A DNA stretch of 64,000 bases, taken from contig NC_057719.1 of assembly GCF_004010195.1 (NCBI RefSeq), positions 43,268,679-43,332,678 of the forward strand. The letters run 5' to 3'. The translations under genes and the position numbers were made by a program. A model generated the notes under the pieces. The model was not told the origin of the DNA and did not search any database. It saw only the letters and a program-made list of their open reading frames with translations. This DNA is from Chiloscyllium plagiosum. Lineage: Eukaryota. Below are positions 13,700 through 25,434 of the stretch, in pieces; positions within the stretch are counted from its first letter, which is position 1; the number at the start of each line of letters is the position of its first letter.

Positions 13700-14800
13700 C
13701 AGAAAGTTGTACAGAAAGAGACTTCAATATTGTTTAATTTCTATCACCACATGATGGTGCCATGTTGGCAGCTGCAGCTGAGTTTGGGGAAGCCTGCTCT
13801 CTGCTTTGCCAGCTTGCTTCAGATGACTTTGGCAGGAGTATTCTGGATGTCTGGTGCATGCCTGCAACCTCCTTGGCCAGGCCTGATGGAGGAGTTTGAG
13901 GTGAGAACAGGGCAACCTGGGAGTGTCCTGTGGTGAGAGTCTCTGGGTACCTCTCTGCCACCCCTCAACTTGATTGTGCACAAAGGCACCTCCCACCCAC
14001 CTTGTAGGATGGGGCACTTGAAGGGAAGTCAAACTTCCTCAGCCCTCTCTCACCTAGGCATGAATTCATCCATGGCGCAGGTGATGGAATGTACATATTC
14101 ACATTGCACATATTCAACAGACACTGATTGTCTCTACAGTGTCCAGCGCTCATTCCATGAGCATACAAACTGGAGCCATGATATTAGATTGCATTTGTGC
14201 AGACTCCTCTGCCCATTGGTCAAGTTTGTGCAGGATCTCAGGCATCTCTGCCAGCCTTCCCCATCTCCACTGCTCATTAATGATCAAGTCCAGAAATACA
14301 TCATCTGCACTGGGCACAGCAGGGGCCTGTTCTCCAGCAGTCCTCCAAGTGTCACAGACATCTATTGATTCTTTCACTTCTAGTTGCAGGCCCGTGTCAG
14401 TGTTGAAATAACCAGAATATACTCTGGGTAAATTACGCACCCATGTATTCACCATTTCTGCGCTGGTAAAAGGGAGGGAGGAAAGCCTTGGTCATGTATC
14501 TTCTGAGGCTTGTATCTGTCCCTCCTTAGAAATATAGTTTGAGATCTGGTGGAGATATGCCTGGGAGCTAGGGCTCTTTTTTTATTATCCTGGTTTGGGA
14601 CTAGAGTTCAGAAGCTACATAGAAAAACTTTTTAAGGTTGTGAGCTGCTACTGTTGGTGCTGGGTGTCAAGCTGGGAGGATCAGCTTGGAGGTTTTCTCA
14701 CTAAGTGGCTGTAGATATCCAATCACTCTTTAAGCACAAGCAACTTCCTCTTGCTCTCCTGCCAACTCAGGGCCTGCTCCACAAAGGGGCCCGGAGAATG
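13700..14800 (-). pseudogene. Second, oppositely oriented Harbinger Myb/SANT gene remnant (downstream exon)
   Basis: ORF 14150-14455(-) 'DTWRTAGEQAPA' parallels 'GTWRTALDQSL' at ~13040(+). The DNA motif CACTTGGAGGACTGC is shared. Confidence 0.55.
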
Positions 14801-15114
14801 ATCTCAGTCACCCTTATCCCATGTGGGCAAGTTTGCACTGATTAGGCATGTTTTTCCACAAAATGTGAGAAGCATTAAGAGACTTCAGAATGATAAATGC
14901 TGGCTGAGACATTAGACAGTTAGAGATAAACCCCCAGAGCTGTGATTGTCCGTTCCCATTACTCATAAAAAGAATGTGATATGGGGGTGTTAAAGAGCTC
15001 TGTATGAAAAACACTTCAGTGCTGTCAATAAGCCACAGTTGACAAAGACTAATAAAACATTATTCGATGAATGTTGTGTGCAACACCATATAAAAGCAGC
15101 AATGTGCTTCCAAG

Positions 15115-15557
15115 ATTTTATAAGCTCTAGTTAGGCCCCATTTAGAATACTGTGTTCAATTTTGGGCCCCACACCTCAAGTTGAGGATACTGGGATTGTA
15201 TTCATAGGAGTTTAGAAGGTTGAGGGGAGATCTTGTAGGTGAGGAGACTAGGACCCGTGGGCACAGCCTTAGAATTAGAGGGGGTCAATTTAGAATGGAA
15301 ATGAGGAGACTTTTCTTCAGCCAGAGAGTGGTGGGTTTGTGGAACTCATTACCATGGAGCACAGTGGAGGCCGGGTCGTTAAATGTCTTCAAGGCAGAGA
15401 TTGATAAATTCTTGATCTCACAAGGAATTAAGGGAAACAGGGAGAGTGAGGGTAAGTGGAGTTAAAATGCCCATCAGCCATGATTAAATAGCAGAGTGGA
15501 CTCAATGGGCTGAATGGTCTTACTTCCACTCCTATGTCTTATGGTCTTAAGGTCTTA
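15115..15557 (+). mobile_element. CR1 LINE 3' end (different subfamily, internally deleted)
   Basis: 'RTRGHSLRIRGGQFRMEMRRLFFSQRVVGLWNSLP'. Terminal repeat-like tail CTTATGGTCTTAAGGTCTT. Confidence 0.85.
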
Positions 15558-15703
15558 ACACCTGTGAGGTTTTGTTCTGAAACCATTTTGTTTGGTTGTA
15601 TACTTGTTCCACATAAGCCTTTGGTGAGGAACCATAATTTATTGATATTCTCTAAGTGTTTGGAAAGGTCAGTGAGTTGATGGTGCTAAGTGTTATAGCT
15701 CCT

Positions 15704-16531
15704 AGTGAGTTTTGAGAAGATTTGTAGCTCAGGTTGAGGTTCTGGATGTAGGTTTGCTCGCTGAGCTGGAAGGTTCATTTCTAGATGTTTCGTCACCATA
15801 CTAGGTAACACCTTCAGTGGGCCTCCAGGCGAAGCACTGTACATGATTCCTACTTTCTATTTATATGTTTGGGTTTCTTTAGGTTAGTGATGTCATTTCC
15901 TGTGGTTATGTCATTTCTGGTTCTTTTTCTCAGGGGTGGTAGATGGGGTGTAACTCAATGTGTTTGTTGATAGAGTTCCGGTTGAAATGCCATGCCTCTG
16001 GTAATTCTCATGTGTGTCTCTGTTTGGCTTGTCCTAAAATGGATGTGTTGTCCCAATCGAAGTGGTGGCCTTCCTTATCTGTATGTAAGGATACTAGTGA
16101 GAGACAGTAATGTCGTTTTGTGGCTAGTTGGTGTTCATGTATCCTGGTGGCTAGTTTTCTGCCTGTTTGTCCAATGTAGTGTTTGTTATAGTCCTTGCAC
16201 GGTATTTTGTAAATGACATCAGTTTTGCTTGTTGACTGTATAGGGTCTTTCAAGTTCATTAGCTGCTGTTTTAGTGTGTTGGTGATTTGTGGGCTACCAT
16301 GATGCCAAGGGGCCTGAGTAGTCTGGCAGTCATTTCCGAGATGTCTTTGACATAGGGCAGAGTGGCTAGGGTTTCTGGACGTGTTTTGTCTGCTTGTTTG
16401 GGTTTGTTGCTGAGAAATCGGCAGACTATGCTCATTGGGTACTCATTCTTTTTGAATACACGGTATAGGTGATTTTCCTTTGTTCTGCCTAGTTCCTCTG
16501 TGCTGCAGTGTGTGTTGGCTCGTTGAAATAA
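15704..16531 (-). mobile_element. Penelope-like element (Poseidon-like), 5'-truncated, with 13-bp TSD
   Basis: ORF 16008-16259(-) 'DVIYKIPCKDYNKHYIGQTGRKLATRIHEH' is a GIY-YIG domain. TGTTATAGCTCCT occurs at 15691-15703 and 16532-16544. Confidence 0.92.
15784..15817 (-). ncRNA. Minimal hammerhead ribozyme motif of the Poseidon-like PLE (mutated core)
   Basis: Minus strand reads CTGAAGG-T-GTTACC-TAGTAT-GGTGAC-GAAAC-ATC: a 6-bp stem II and GAAA box, with CTGAnGA altered at its last base. Confidence 0.7.
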
Positions 16532-17081
16532 TGTTATAGCTCCTTTTACGTTCTAGGTGTGAACCCTGGCAGATGTATAAGAGGCAGAGCTATTGTGGTA
16601 CTACAATAGTGTTTGCAATGTAGTGACAAACATTGATTGCACATGAAGCATCTGATAGAGAAGGCTGGTACCCTCTAACTTTGTACTCACACAAAACATT
16701 GAGCAGACAGTGGTACAGAGCTTATTGGAGTACAGCCTACTCATCAAATGTGGTGCTTCACCTCTTCATGTATATGTAATAGGCTGAGAGAATGTTATGC
16801 AAGAAAACCTGACCTGTCCCCAAGTGGAAATCTCTCCAGTTTTTAACCTGACTCCAGACAGACTCAAAAACTCAAGGTTCCTCCTACTGGTTCCTTAAAT
16901 TATAAAACCCAAGGTTTTTTGGAAGCAAGTCTTTTGGAGACAGTGAATTTGTTTGGCAGGAGAAAAATAGTCAAATACACTACCTTATTTTGTGCATTTA
17001 CTTGCGCATTTCTAATGTAAGGGATTCATTTTGCATTCTGCTATGATAGTCTATAGTGAAAGTAGATAAGAGACTAAATTG

Positions 17082-17187
17082 GGGGATTCTTCAAGATGGC
17101 GGCAACCTACTCAGTTTGAGTCTGCTGAGCTCTGTCTAGGACCTGGACAAAGTCAGGTACCTACCCTCCCCTCATCTTTTAAATTAC
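17082..17187 (+). mobile_element. Unclassified 106-bp insertion with 15-bp TSD and L1-5'-end-like start
   Basis: TAAGAGACTAAATTG at 17067-17081 and 17188-17202. The insert begins GGGGATTCTTCAAGATGGCGGC (YY1-type motif). Confidence 0.7.
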
Positions 17188-17519
17188 TAAGAGACTAAAT
17201 TGACTTCATATAGTCCTACTGAAAGGAAACCTTTCCCTGTACGAAAGTTTTGTTCTGAAACATTTAAAGATGAATCAAACAGCTGCTTGATTCCTGGAAT
17301 CACTGGATTCCAGCAGTTTAGTTATACTGTATATTACAACCAAAAACAGAAATTAAGAATAACTTGTACAGTTTGCAGGTTTGACCACACTGCATGAAGA
17401 CCAAATGGATATGTTTTCCAATACTGGGCTTCTATTTCTTTTGACAGCGTCTTCCCAATCAATTACCTCCACCAACTAGAGAGAGACATGGGGGCACTGA
17501 GATGAGGGTTCATGATAGG

Positions 17520-18515
17520 TTATTGTTTTAGAACTTGAGTTCTAAAGTTTGATTTATATTTCTCTATTGTAATGTGTTAGAGGGGAAGACATAGTTTTTG
17601 TTTCCTTTAAAAGTTCTGTAAGTCATGCAGGTTGTCTGGAAATGAGATTAATCAGGTTTTAAAAGGATCTTTGATGGAAATCATTCAATATTTTAGAGAA
17701 TAGGAGTACAGGAGAAAAACAAAGTTGGGTTTTTGCCAAGCAACAAAGTGGCCTATGACACAGGGAGACAGATACAGAAACAGGTTTTCTTTCAGGAAAA
17801 CAGAAAAACCTGGAAGAGAAAGGGAAAAGTCCTATAACATCAACAAGTCAGTTTAGCTGTCTCCAAACTGTCAGGGCAGAAAAAAAGGACCATATCAGTT
17901 TAAGATAACTGGTCATCAAGAATGAGTTGGACCGAAGGGTCTGTTTCAGTGCTGTATAACTCTATGACTCAATGACTGTATAAAAGCAGTCACCAGTGAC
18001 TCAGAAGTTAGTAACAGACCAATTACAGATCTAAGACTTTAAAGAGACGAAGAGATTCTTCAGAACTGCTGAGTGCTTGAGTTTAATGAACTCATGCTAA
18101 GAAATAAATGAGCTATGTTAGCAATCCTTTTAAGGTTCTCCAGAAGAAACATCAACTAAAAAAGATAGCATTGAGTAAACACATAAATGTCCATAATGAA
18201 ACTAAGTACAGTGGTGCCCACTGAACATGGAACTTTAAAGTGGAAACAAGTTACCCTGCTCTCAGATGTGAACATCTGAAAGGTTATTGTTGAGGGTAAA
18301 ATGATTGAATCTTTATTTCTGATCTTTGCAACAAATCTTTCAACCAGTTCTTATACTGTGCAAAATAGTTCATTTTTTGTGTGCGTGTAGAATATATTCA
18401 ATGTACTGACCATCACAGTAAACAAATTGTAAAAATCACATTTATGATCTATCAAGCTGTTTTCACTCTGGGAACTGACTGTCCAGTATCACCATCAGCT
18501 GACAACATAATAACA
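17520..18515 (+). mobile_element. Probable solo LTR, old (contains a short CR1 tail at ~17920-17980)
   Basis: The 3' end TCTGGGAACTGACTGTCCAGTATCACCATCAGCTG...TAACA is homologous to the reverse complement of 50693-50770. The 5' boundary is approximate. Confidence 0.45.
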
Positions 18516-18519
18516 CCTT

Positions 18520-18757
18520 TACCTGCAAGTTCATCGTCATGCTGACTTTGAATTATATTGCCCTCTCTTCACTGTCAGCATCCCAGAACTCCCTGCCCAA
18601 AATCAATATGGAGGAGGGGATGCTTACACCACATGGACTGCAAAGAGTCAGGAAAATGGCTCACCACCATATTCTGAAGGGCAGTTAAGGATGAGCAATA
18701 AATGCTGGTCTAGCCAGTGATGCTAATACTCTGAGTACTAATAAATAATAAAAAAAG
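18520..18757 (+). mobile_element. L2/CR1-group LINE 3' end
   Basis: Ends GGCTCACCACCAT...AAGGGCAGTTAAGGATGAGCAATAAATGCTGGTCTAGCCAG followed by an A-rich tail. Confidence 0.65.
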
Positions 18758-19449
18758 TAGAAATTTGTATTTCAAGCCCTGAGCTTTCACAGTCTCACTG
18801 TGCTGGAGGAAGTGGGCAGCAAATTCTCTGGTCATTCATGATAATGACTGCAGATCTGTGGGAAAGGAATCACTAACATAATAAGGAAAGGAAGAAAGCG
18901 GTATGGTTGCTTCAGAAGTGCCAGCTATGATGGTAGCCAAAAAAAATTGATGAGTCCCAATCTGATTCATTTTACTTTGCATATCTTCCACCTTCCAACA
19001 TGCCAGTGTTGGGATGTGGGACATAAACCTCGCCCAGAGAGTCTGTGAAACTGACTAGCTGTCTCTTCTTCTGCAATCAGGTGATAAAAGTTTCACTGTG
19101 CTTTCAATATGTTTTGATTCAAGGTTCTAACAAGCAGGTCACATGCATTTGTCTCTAGGCAATATGAGGGTAATGTAAACAGAAGGTACAGTAGAAATTC
19201 AACAGGTCTGGCAACATTCCTTTGTTTGAATTTTGTATAAGAGCACATGGGCTTCTCATAGGAAGTTGTATCCTGCTCTCCAAACTATTCTTTAGAGCCT
19301 AGAAATAAAGGACACAGTTTAAAACATTACCCTTTTAAAAGGTCTAGCATTCTTCATGATAGACCATACCCATATTGACTCCCTTGCTAGTGATCTCCTC
19401 AAAGTTATCTGCCTGAACACAGAAAATTTAAAATAAATTGAATCATAGG

Positions 19450-21239
19450 TAGCCCACCAAAATTCAAGATATTCGAGGCGGTCCCTACTTAACCCACAAA
19501 TGTGCTCGGTTTAAGAAAAATGTAAATGAACACACAACCGTTTCAAAAAATGTTTTTACATTTCAATATGACCTGAAATGGTCTGACCTTGTACTGTAAA
19601 AACATTGAAAAATGTTGGAAGTTAGTTCTGAAAAAAAACTCTGTAATTTATTTCTACTCAGTGTGCTCTTTTCAGTCAAATGCGATAAAGTCCATCATAT
19701 CAGTTCTGCAGTCAAATATAATTTCTATGATTTTGTGCTACAATTCAAAACCCAAAACATCTGTCTGGCCTCTGCAGCTTCAGCTGGGGAAACAGGTGGG
19801 GGAACATGTTCTTCAGGGTTAATAAGCGCCTCAGGCTTTTTGGTTGAAGCACATACTGTGTATGTGATTGCCTCATCTGTCAGTTCCTTGGTGCAGCGAA
19901 CAGTGTCGTCAAACACACTATTAGTTTCCACGGTTGTCTGTGCTAGAGTCTCCATGTCACCCTTTTTTAGGTTGGTTGGTCAGTCTCATCGAAGTCCCCC
20001 TCATTCTCAGTGTTTTTACAGTCATAGTTATTTTGAAAGCAGGGTTGCAGAAGCAGTTAGGGATCATCATTTCCTTTTCTATCTTCCATGCCTTCTTCAT
20101 CACAAAGCTGGAACAATTCTACTCCTGTTTCTAATCAATGACCATAATAAGAGATCAGCTGCTGTCGGTAGTTGTTATTTTAGGTTTTTAAGCACCCCAA
20201 TGGGTGGAGCTTGGCCATGGTGTTGGAAGGCAAAAATGGTCAACTTGACACTCTTCAGGTCAACAATGTCAGGGAATATGGACAGTTTTCTGTAATAGTG
20301 ATAATCTTCCTTTTTTCTCATTTGATGCATCTTCACCACTTTCTGATCCATGCCTGTAAAATGCTGGACATCTTTTGGCAGGTTTTGTCAGCCTTATACT
20401 GCGTGGAGAATGTCTTGGTAACATGGCTTCTTCAAATTTCCTATCACATTAAGTGGCTTTTTCTCAATGCCACGTCCCCAGAGGAGAATGGTGACACATT
20501 CTGTTTCACTTTCCACCAGAACACAATTCATCTTTAAACATTAAATGGCAAAAGATAGTAAAACAGTCCAGTTTGACCCACATTAAAAATGTCCCTTGTT
20601 GCATACAAGAAATGGGTGAGACTATTTTGCTGTAATTGCTGCACAGTCTTCACTCACACATGAAAAACAATGCCATGTCTTGTCTTAAATTGATCCACTA
20701 CAGTTGCTGCAGCTAAACTCCTTGTAACCTACCCTCTTTGATAGGGAAACTTGCCTTTCTAGCAAGATTGGACCAGATCTGGAAATGTTCTCTGCTTGAG
20801 CTTCTTCCTCATTCCTATAGATCGCTGTTCCCACCCTCTTCCCTGCTATATGAACTGCTCATTGAACTGTACCAAGATTTTCACCTTGTACCTCAGAATG
20901 GTTGATGCTTTGATGATGGAATCTCCCATTCCTTAGTGATGTCCACTTTACACCACAATCCTGCTTTGCACCATGGTTTTCCACCTGCTGTATCAATTTT
21001 GTCTTCAATCAACAGCACTTTAATTTCCACACAGGTTTGACCACATGTGCGTTGTTGACATGGTTGCATGACAAGCTTGTGAGAGTTTGGCTAATTGAAA
21101 ATTACAAGTGTGGAACTTTGATTATCGTGGCATCCTTCTATTGTAATTCAAATGCTGAGAATGACTCAGCACAGGCTGTTGACTCCAACACAGTCAAATT
21201 CTGGGCTATCCAGTTTGGACTCATCACAATTTCACTGTA
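19450..21239 (-). mobile_element. Tigger/pogo DNA transposon fossil (transposase remnant ~21020 to 19625)
   Basis: Minus-strand motifs appear in the expected order across frameshifts: 'VDITKEWEIPSS..TILRYK' (psq HTH), 'SGPILLE', 'DQFKTRHGIVF' (CENP-B HTH), 'RDIFNVGQTGLFYYLLP' (first D region), 'KPLNVIG', 'LPSNTMAKLHP', and a C-terminal 'ITEFF'. The putative end TACAGTGAAATT is at ~21239; the other end is approximate. Confidence 0.85.
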
Positions 21240-22048
21240 GTCAGAAACAGCCAGTTCTTCAGCAATTGATGCAGACTCCCTAATCAACCACTATTACATT
21301 AATGTTTTGGCTTTTATAGTATATTTTAATACCTTTTTTAAGTTGATATTAAAGTAAAAGATTTTTAGTGACTTGGCTTCACCATCTTGCTCTTCTTAAA
21401 GCTAGTATTTATACCAAAAGGTATAATTCCTCAGTCAAAGGAACCGTATCTGTGATGTTTCCATTTACTTCATACATTGGAATGGAGAACGTCAGCTCCT
21501 GGACATTTACTTAAGTCCTATTATTTTCTTTATTATGGTGCTTTTATTTAAGTAGAAATTGATTTCCATTGTGCACATTTTTACAAAGCAAAAACAGGCC
21601 AAACAATACTAATTTGTGCCCTTTCATTGCTAACAAGCAATGCTTGCTACTCATTTTAGCATTAATGTGCTTAATACTGGGCAAAAGTGAGGCAGTAATA
21701 GTTAAAATTAGAATGTATGATGTCAACGTATTATTGCCACTTCAAATATCTCCGCTCTTATTTTAGAATGGACAGTTCTGATTTTCACCAGAAGTGTGAC
21801 AGCAGGAAGTTAGTTGAACATCTAACTGATCCCCAGCTACTAGACACCCAAAGACTAGGCCATTGAGTTCTCAGTATTAAAACATTTCTTCCAAATTCTT
21901 AATCATGATATAAAAAATATATGTATTTGGTTATAAGCACCTTTGCTTTTGTCAATGTTGATCTATAGGAGATGAGATTTGAAGAAGAAACCAGATAGTT
22001 ACCTAATGACTAAAGCCAGCTGCACAGTGACTATCCTGAACAATCTTA

Positions 22049-22376
22049 GATTTTAGATTAGATTAGATTACTTTACAGTGTGGAAACAGGCCCTCCGGCC
22101 CAACAAGTCCACACCGCCCCGCCGAAGCGCAAACCACCCACACCCCTACCCCTACATTTACCCCTTACCTAACACTATGGGCAATTTAGCATGGCCAATT
22201 CACCTGACCTGCACATCTTTGGCCTGTGGGAGGAAACCGGAGCACCCAGAGGAAACCCACGCAGACACGGGGAGAATGTGCAAACTCCACACAGTCAGTC
22301 GCCTGAGGCGGGAATTGAACCCGGATCTCGGGCGCTGCGAGGCAGCAGTACTAACCACTGTGCCACCGTGCCGGCC
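22049..22376 (-). mobile_element. HE1-type V-SINE, full length, young
   Basis: tRNA head GGCACGGTGGCACAGTGGTTAG...GGTTCAATTCCCG, V-domain TGTGTGGAGTTTGCACATTCTCCCCGTGTCTGCGTGGGTTTCC, and (TCTAA)n tail. TSD ATCTTA at 22043-22048 and 22377-22382. CpG-rich. Confidence 0.93.
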
Positions 22377-22533
22377 ATCTTAATGGCCAGCTAATAATGT
22401 ATGTTCTGAAAGTTCACTTGATTTGTAATATTGTAATATTCTGCTGTGCATTTCAGATTGGATTTGGTCTTAGGATATTGCCACATTAAATGGCATTTTC
22501 ACTCACTTTATGTTTAAGCGTTTTTTGAACTAT

Positions 22534-24120
22534 TCATCATCATTGGCGGTACCTCATAAAAAGGGTGGCTCTTTTCCACTCAGTGTGAGTCCATAGGTGG
22601 CTGTACAGTCCAATGTGGCTTCTCCAGATTCTGCCACATTTGGTGCAGAAGGTGGCTGTGGAAATGGGTGGGTGGGGCATTGGAGTGGCAATGCGCTCCT
22701 GAAGCTGTTTTCACCTGGCTTCTGCTTTTTCCCAATGATGTCTTGTGGTTCTTGATGCCTTTCCTGGACGCTCCTTCACCACTTTGAATGGTCTTAGACC
22801 AGTGATTCCCAGGTGTCTGTGGGAATGCTGCACTTTGCCACTGAGGGTATTTCTGAAGTGCTTCCTCTGTTCATCTGGGGCTCGCCTGCCATTTGAGAGC
22901 TGGGAATAGAGCACCTACATGGGGAGTCTCCTGTCAGTCAAGTGGATGATGTCCCCAGCACATTGCATCCAATCAAGGGTGGTCAGTGCCTCCATGCTGG
23001 GGATGTTGGCCAGTTTGAGGACCCTGGTGTTGGTGCATCTGTCTTCACAGCAGATTAGAAGGATCTTGTGCAGGCAGCATTTGTGGTACTGCTCTGGTGT
23101 CTGCTGTAGATGGTCCATGACTCGGAACCAGCTCTGTAAACCATGAACTTGGTTTTTGATCTGATATTGTTGTCCTTGAACACCCTTTCCTTAGGCAGCC
23201 GAATGCTGTGCTAGCACACTGGAGGTGGAGCTGGATCTCTTCATTGATAGCTGCTTTGGCTGATATGGTCTCCCAAGGTGCTGGAAGGGGTCAGTGCTCT
23301 CTAAGGCCTTCCCTGTGGACCTCAATCACTGGGGGTTCACTCCACAGTGCCAGGCCACAATGGTGGAGGATTTTGTTGATGTTCAGGGTGCGACCCATGC
23401 TCTCATATGCCTCCATAAAGGTGCTGACAAAGGTCAGGAGTTTGTCCTTTGAATTTGCACATACACAAGCACCATCTGCGTACTGCAGCTTGATGACATT
23501 GGTGAATTTTGTTTTGGTTTGAAGGCAGCAGAGGTTGAATATTTTTCTGCTGGTTCTGTAAATTAGCTCCATTCCAGCGGGGAGCTTGTCAGCGGTGAGG
23601 TGAAGTATTACAGCATGGTAGATCAAGTATAATGTTGGGTCGATGATGCAGCCCTGCTTGACATTGGTCTGAATGGGCAATGGTTGAGTGGTGGGGCCAT
23701 TTGTCATTACTATGACTCCCATGTGGAAGAGGCAAGGGATGGTGCCAAACTTCGTGGTGTAGCCAAAGCGGGGAAAAACTCTCTATAATTCTTCCCGATT
23801 GACAGTGTCAAAGGCCTTTGTGACGTTAAAGAAGGCCATGTATTTGGGTAGGTTCTTTTGTCTACATTTCTCCTGTAACTGTTGCACAATGAAAATCATG
23901 TCCGCCATGTCCCTCCATGGCTGGAAGCTGCACTGTGATTCTGGGAGGAGTTCCTCAGCCACAGGAAGGAGACAGTCGAGGAGGATCTTGGCCGATGGAT
24001 TTTCCAACGGTCGATAGCAGGGAGATTCCCCTGTAGTCACCACAGTCAGACTTGTTCCCTTTTTTGAAAATTCTCATGACTGTGGCATCATCGAGCTCTC
24101 CCAAGATGCTGTCCTCCTTT
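22534..24120 (-). mobile_element. RTE-clade LINE, 5'-truncated, degraded RT
   Basis: 'IFKKGNKSDCGDYRGISLLSTVGK', 'LPESQCSF', 'QLQEKCRQKNLPKYMAFFNVTKAFDTV', 'VKQGC', 'LQYADG', and an (ATG)n 3' tail. Confidence 0.92.
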
Positions 24121-25304
24121 CTTTGAACTATTAGATTAAGAAGAAGTACAAAACACATAAACACTTACCCTCAAGCAGATGTGTCTTTAATTGTTGCTCT
24201 CATTTCAACTTGTCTGATCTCTACATTCAAGTTTTCCTGAGTTAGGTCTGAACAGACAGGATCCAAACAGATGAAATGTCAATTATTTAATTTTTCTTTA
24301 CGCTAAATGAAAAGCAAAGATTGTTTTAACAACAAAAGCAAACAGCCTCAATGTCTAGAGACTCAGACTCTAGCTCTGAATTAACAGCTGATTCAAACAT
24401 ATTCAATGGCCCAAATATGTCTCTGGCACCTGTTAAAAGCTGCAGGGTATGCAATTGGGTTTGGCAGCACCTGGTATTTGAGTTCCACAAGTCCCGTTTG
24501 GAGCCAAAATGGTATTACATACACTTAGAGCTTCACATTGAGCACACTGTACTTGAAGTGAAAACTAAAAGATGCCCATTACCCACATCTTAATCAGAGG
24601 TTCATCTATTTGCATAGGCAAGCATTTGTCTTAATTGCTGTTTCTGATGCCTATGCAAATTTGATTTGGCCTAGCTGTGACAATCAATGTCTGCCCTTAT
24701 TGTCTCTGGGAAAACCAATGGTAGACACTATTCACGCATAAATGACAAAAAGTAATGCCAACCATAATCACAGCCATTCCCAGACTTAACTTTCCGACCT
24801 CATTCTGAGCTCTCTACACCAATTTTCCACAAGCCTCCTGCACCCCTCGTACCAGCCTTCTGACCACACAACAGTACCTCCGTGGTGTATGATCTTCCAA
24901 TCTGATTTCCACCAGCTGAAAGTACTCCCGAGACTAATAATCTTCTTGCAATACATTTGGATCATTTAAAATCAATATCAATGACACTTAGGAGGTGTGT
25001 TGTTGATCCTCTAAAAGTGTGAATTAGGATTTCAGCAGCGGGTAGCAGCATAATTAATATTCCAGAGATACTAGGTTTCAGTTTTGTAATGGGTATGAAG
25101 AACTCAACTCAAATCTGTCCACAATCCTGAACACATCAACAGGCTACCAGAGAAGCTGCTGGAGTCAGAGGCAGAGGCATACAGGTTGCTGAGGGAACTT
25201 AGAATAAATCATTTTGGACAGGACAAGACAAGTGTGAACAGCTCAGGACTGGATGTTGAACAGATAGAAAGATATCTCTGGAGTCAATGGTTATGTCAGA
25301 GGGT

Positions 25305-25434
25305 AAAAACAATGACTGCAGATGCTGGAAACCAGATTTTGGATTAGTGGTGCTGGAAGGGCACAGCAGTTCAGGCAGCATCCGAGGAGCAGCAAAATTG
25401 ACGTTTCGGGCAAAAGCCCTTCATCAGGAAACTG
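25305..25434 (-). mobile_element. 130-bp PLE-terminus insertion with TSD
   Basis: ATGTCAGAGGGT at 25293-25304 and 25435-25446. The insert consists of the HHR plus the conserved PLE tail. Confidence 0.88.
25400..25427 (-). ncRNA. Minimal type-I hammerhead ribozyme core, intact
   Basis: CTGATGA-A-GGGC-TTTT-GCCC-GAAAC-GTC on the minus strand. Confidence 0.85.

Noticed and set aside
17082..17187. Possible HDV-like ribozyme in the 106-bp insert
   Set aside because: I could not build the nested double pseudoknot by eye.
19612..20295. 227-aa plus-strand ORF
   Set aside because: It is antisense to the Tigger transposase remnant.
22300..22376. tRNA-like sequences (also at 2030, 53380, 54210)
   Set aside because: These are SINE heads followed by SINE bodies, not tRNA genes.
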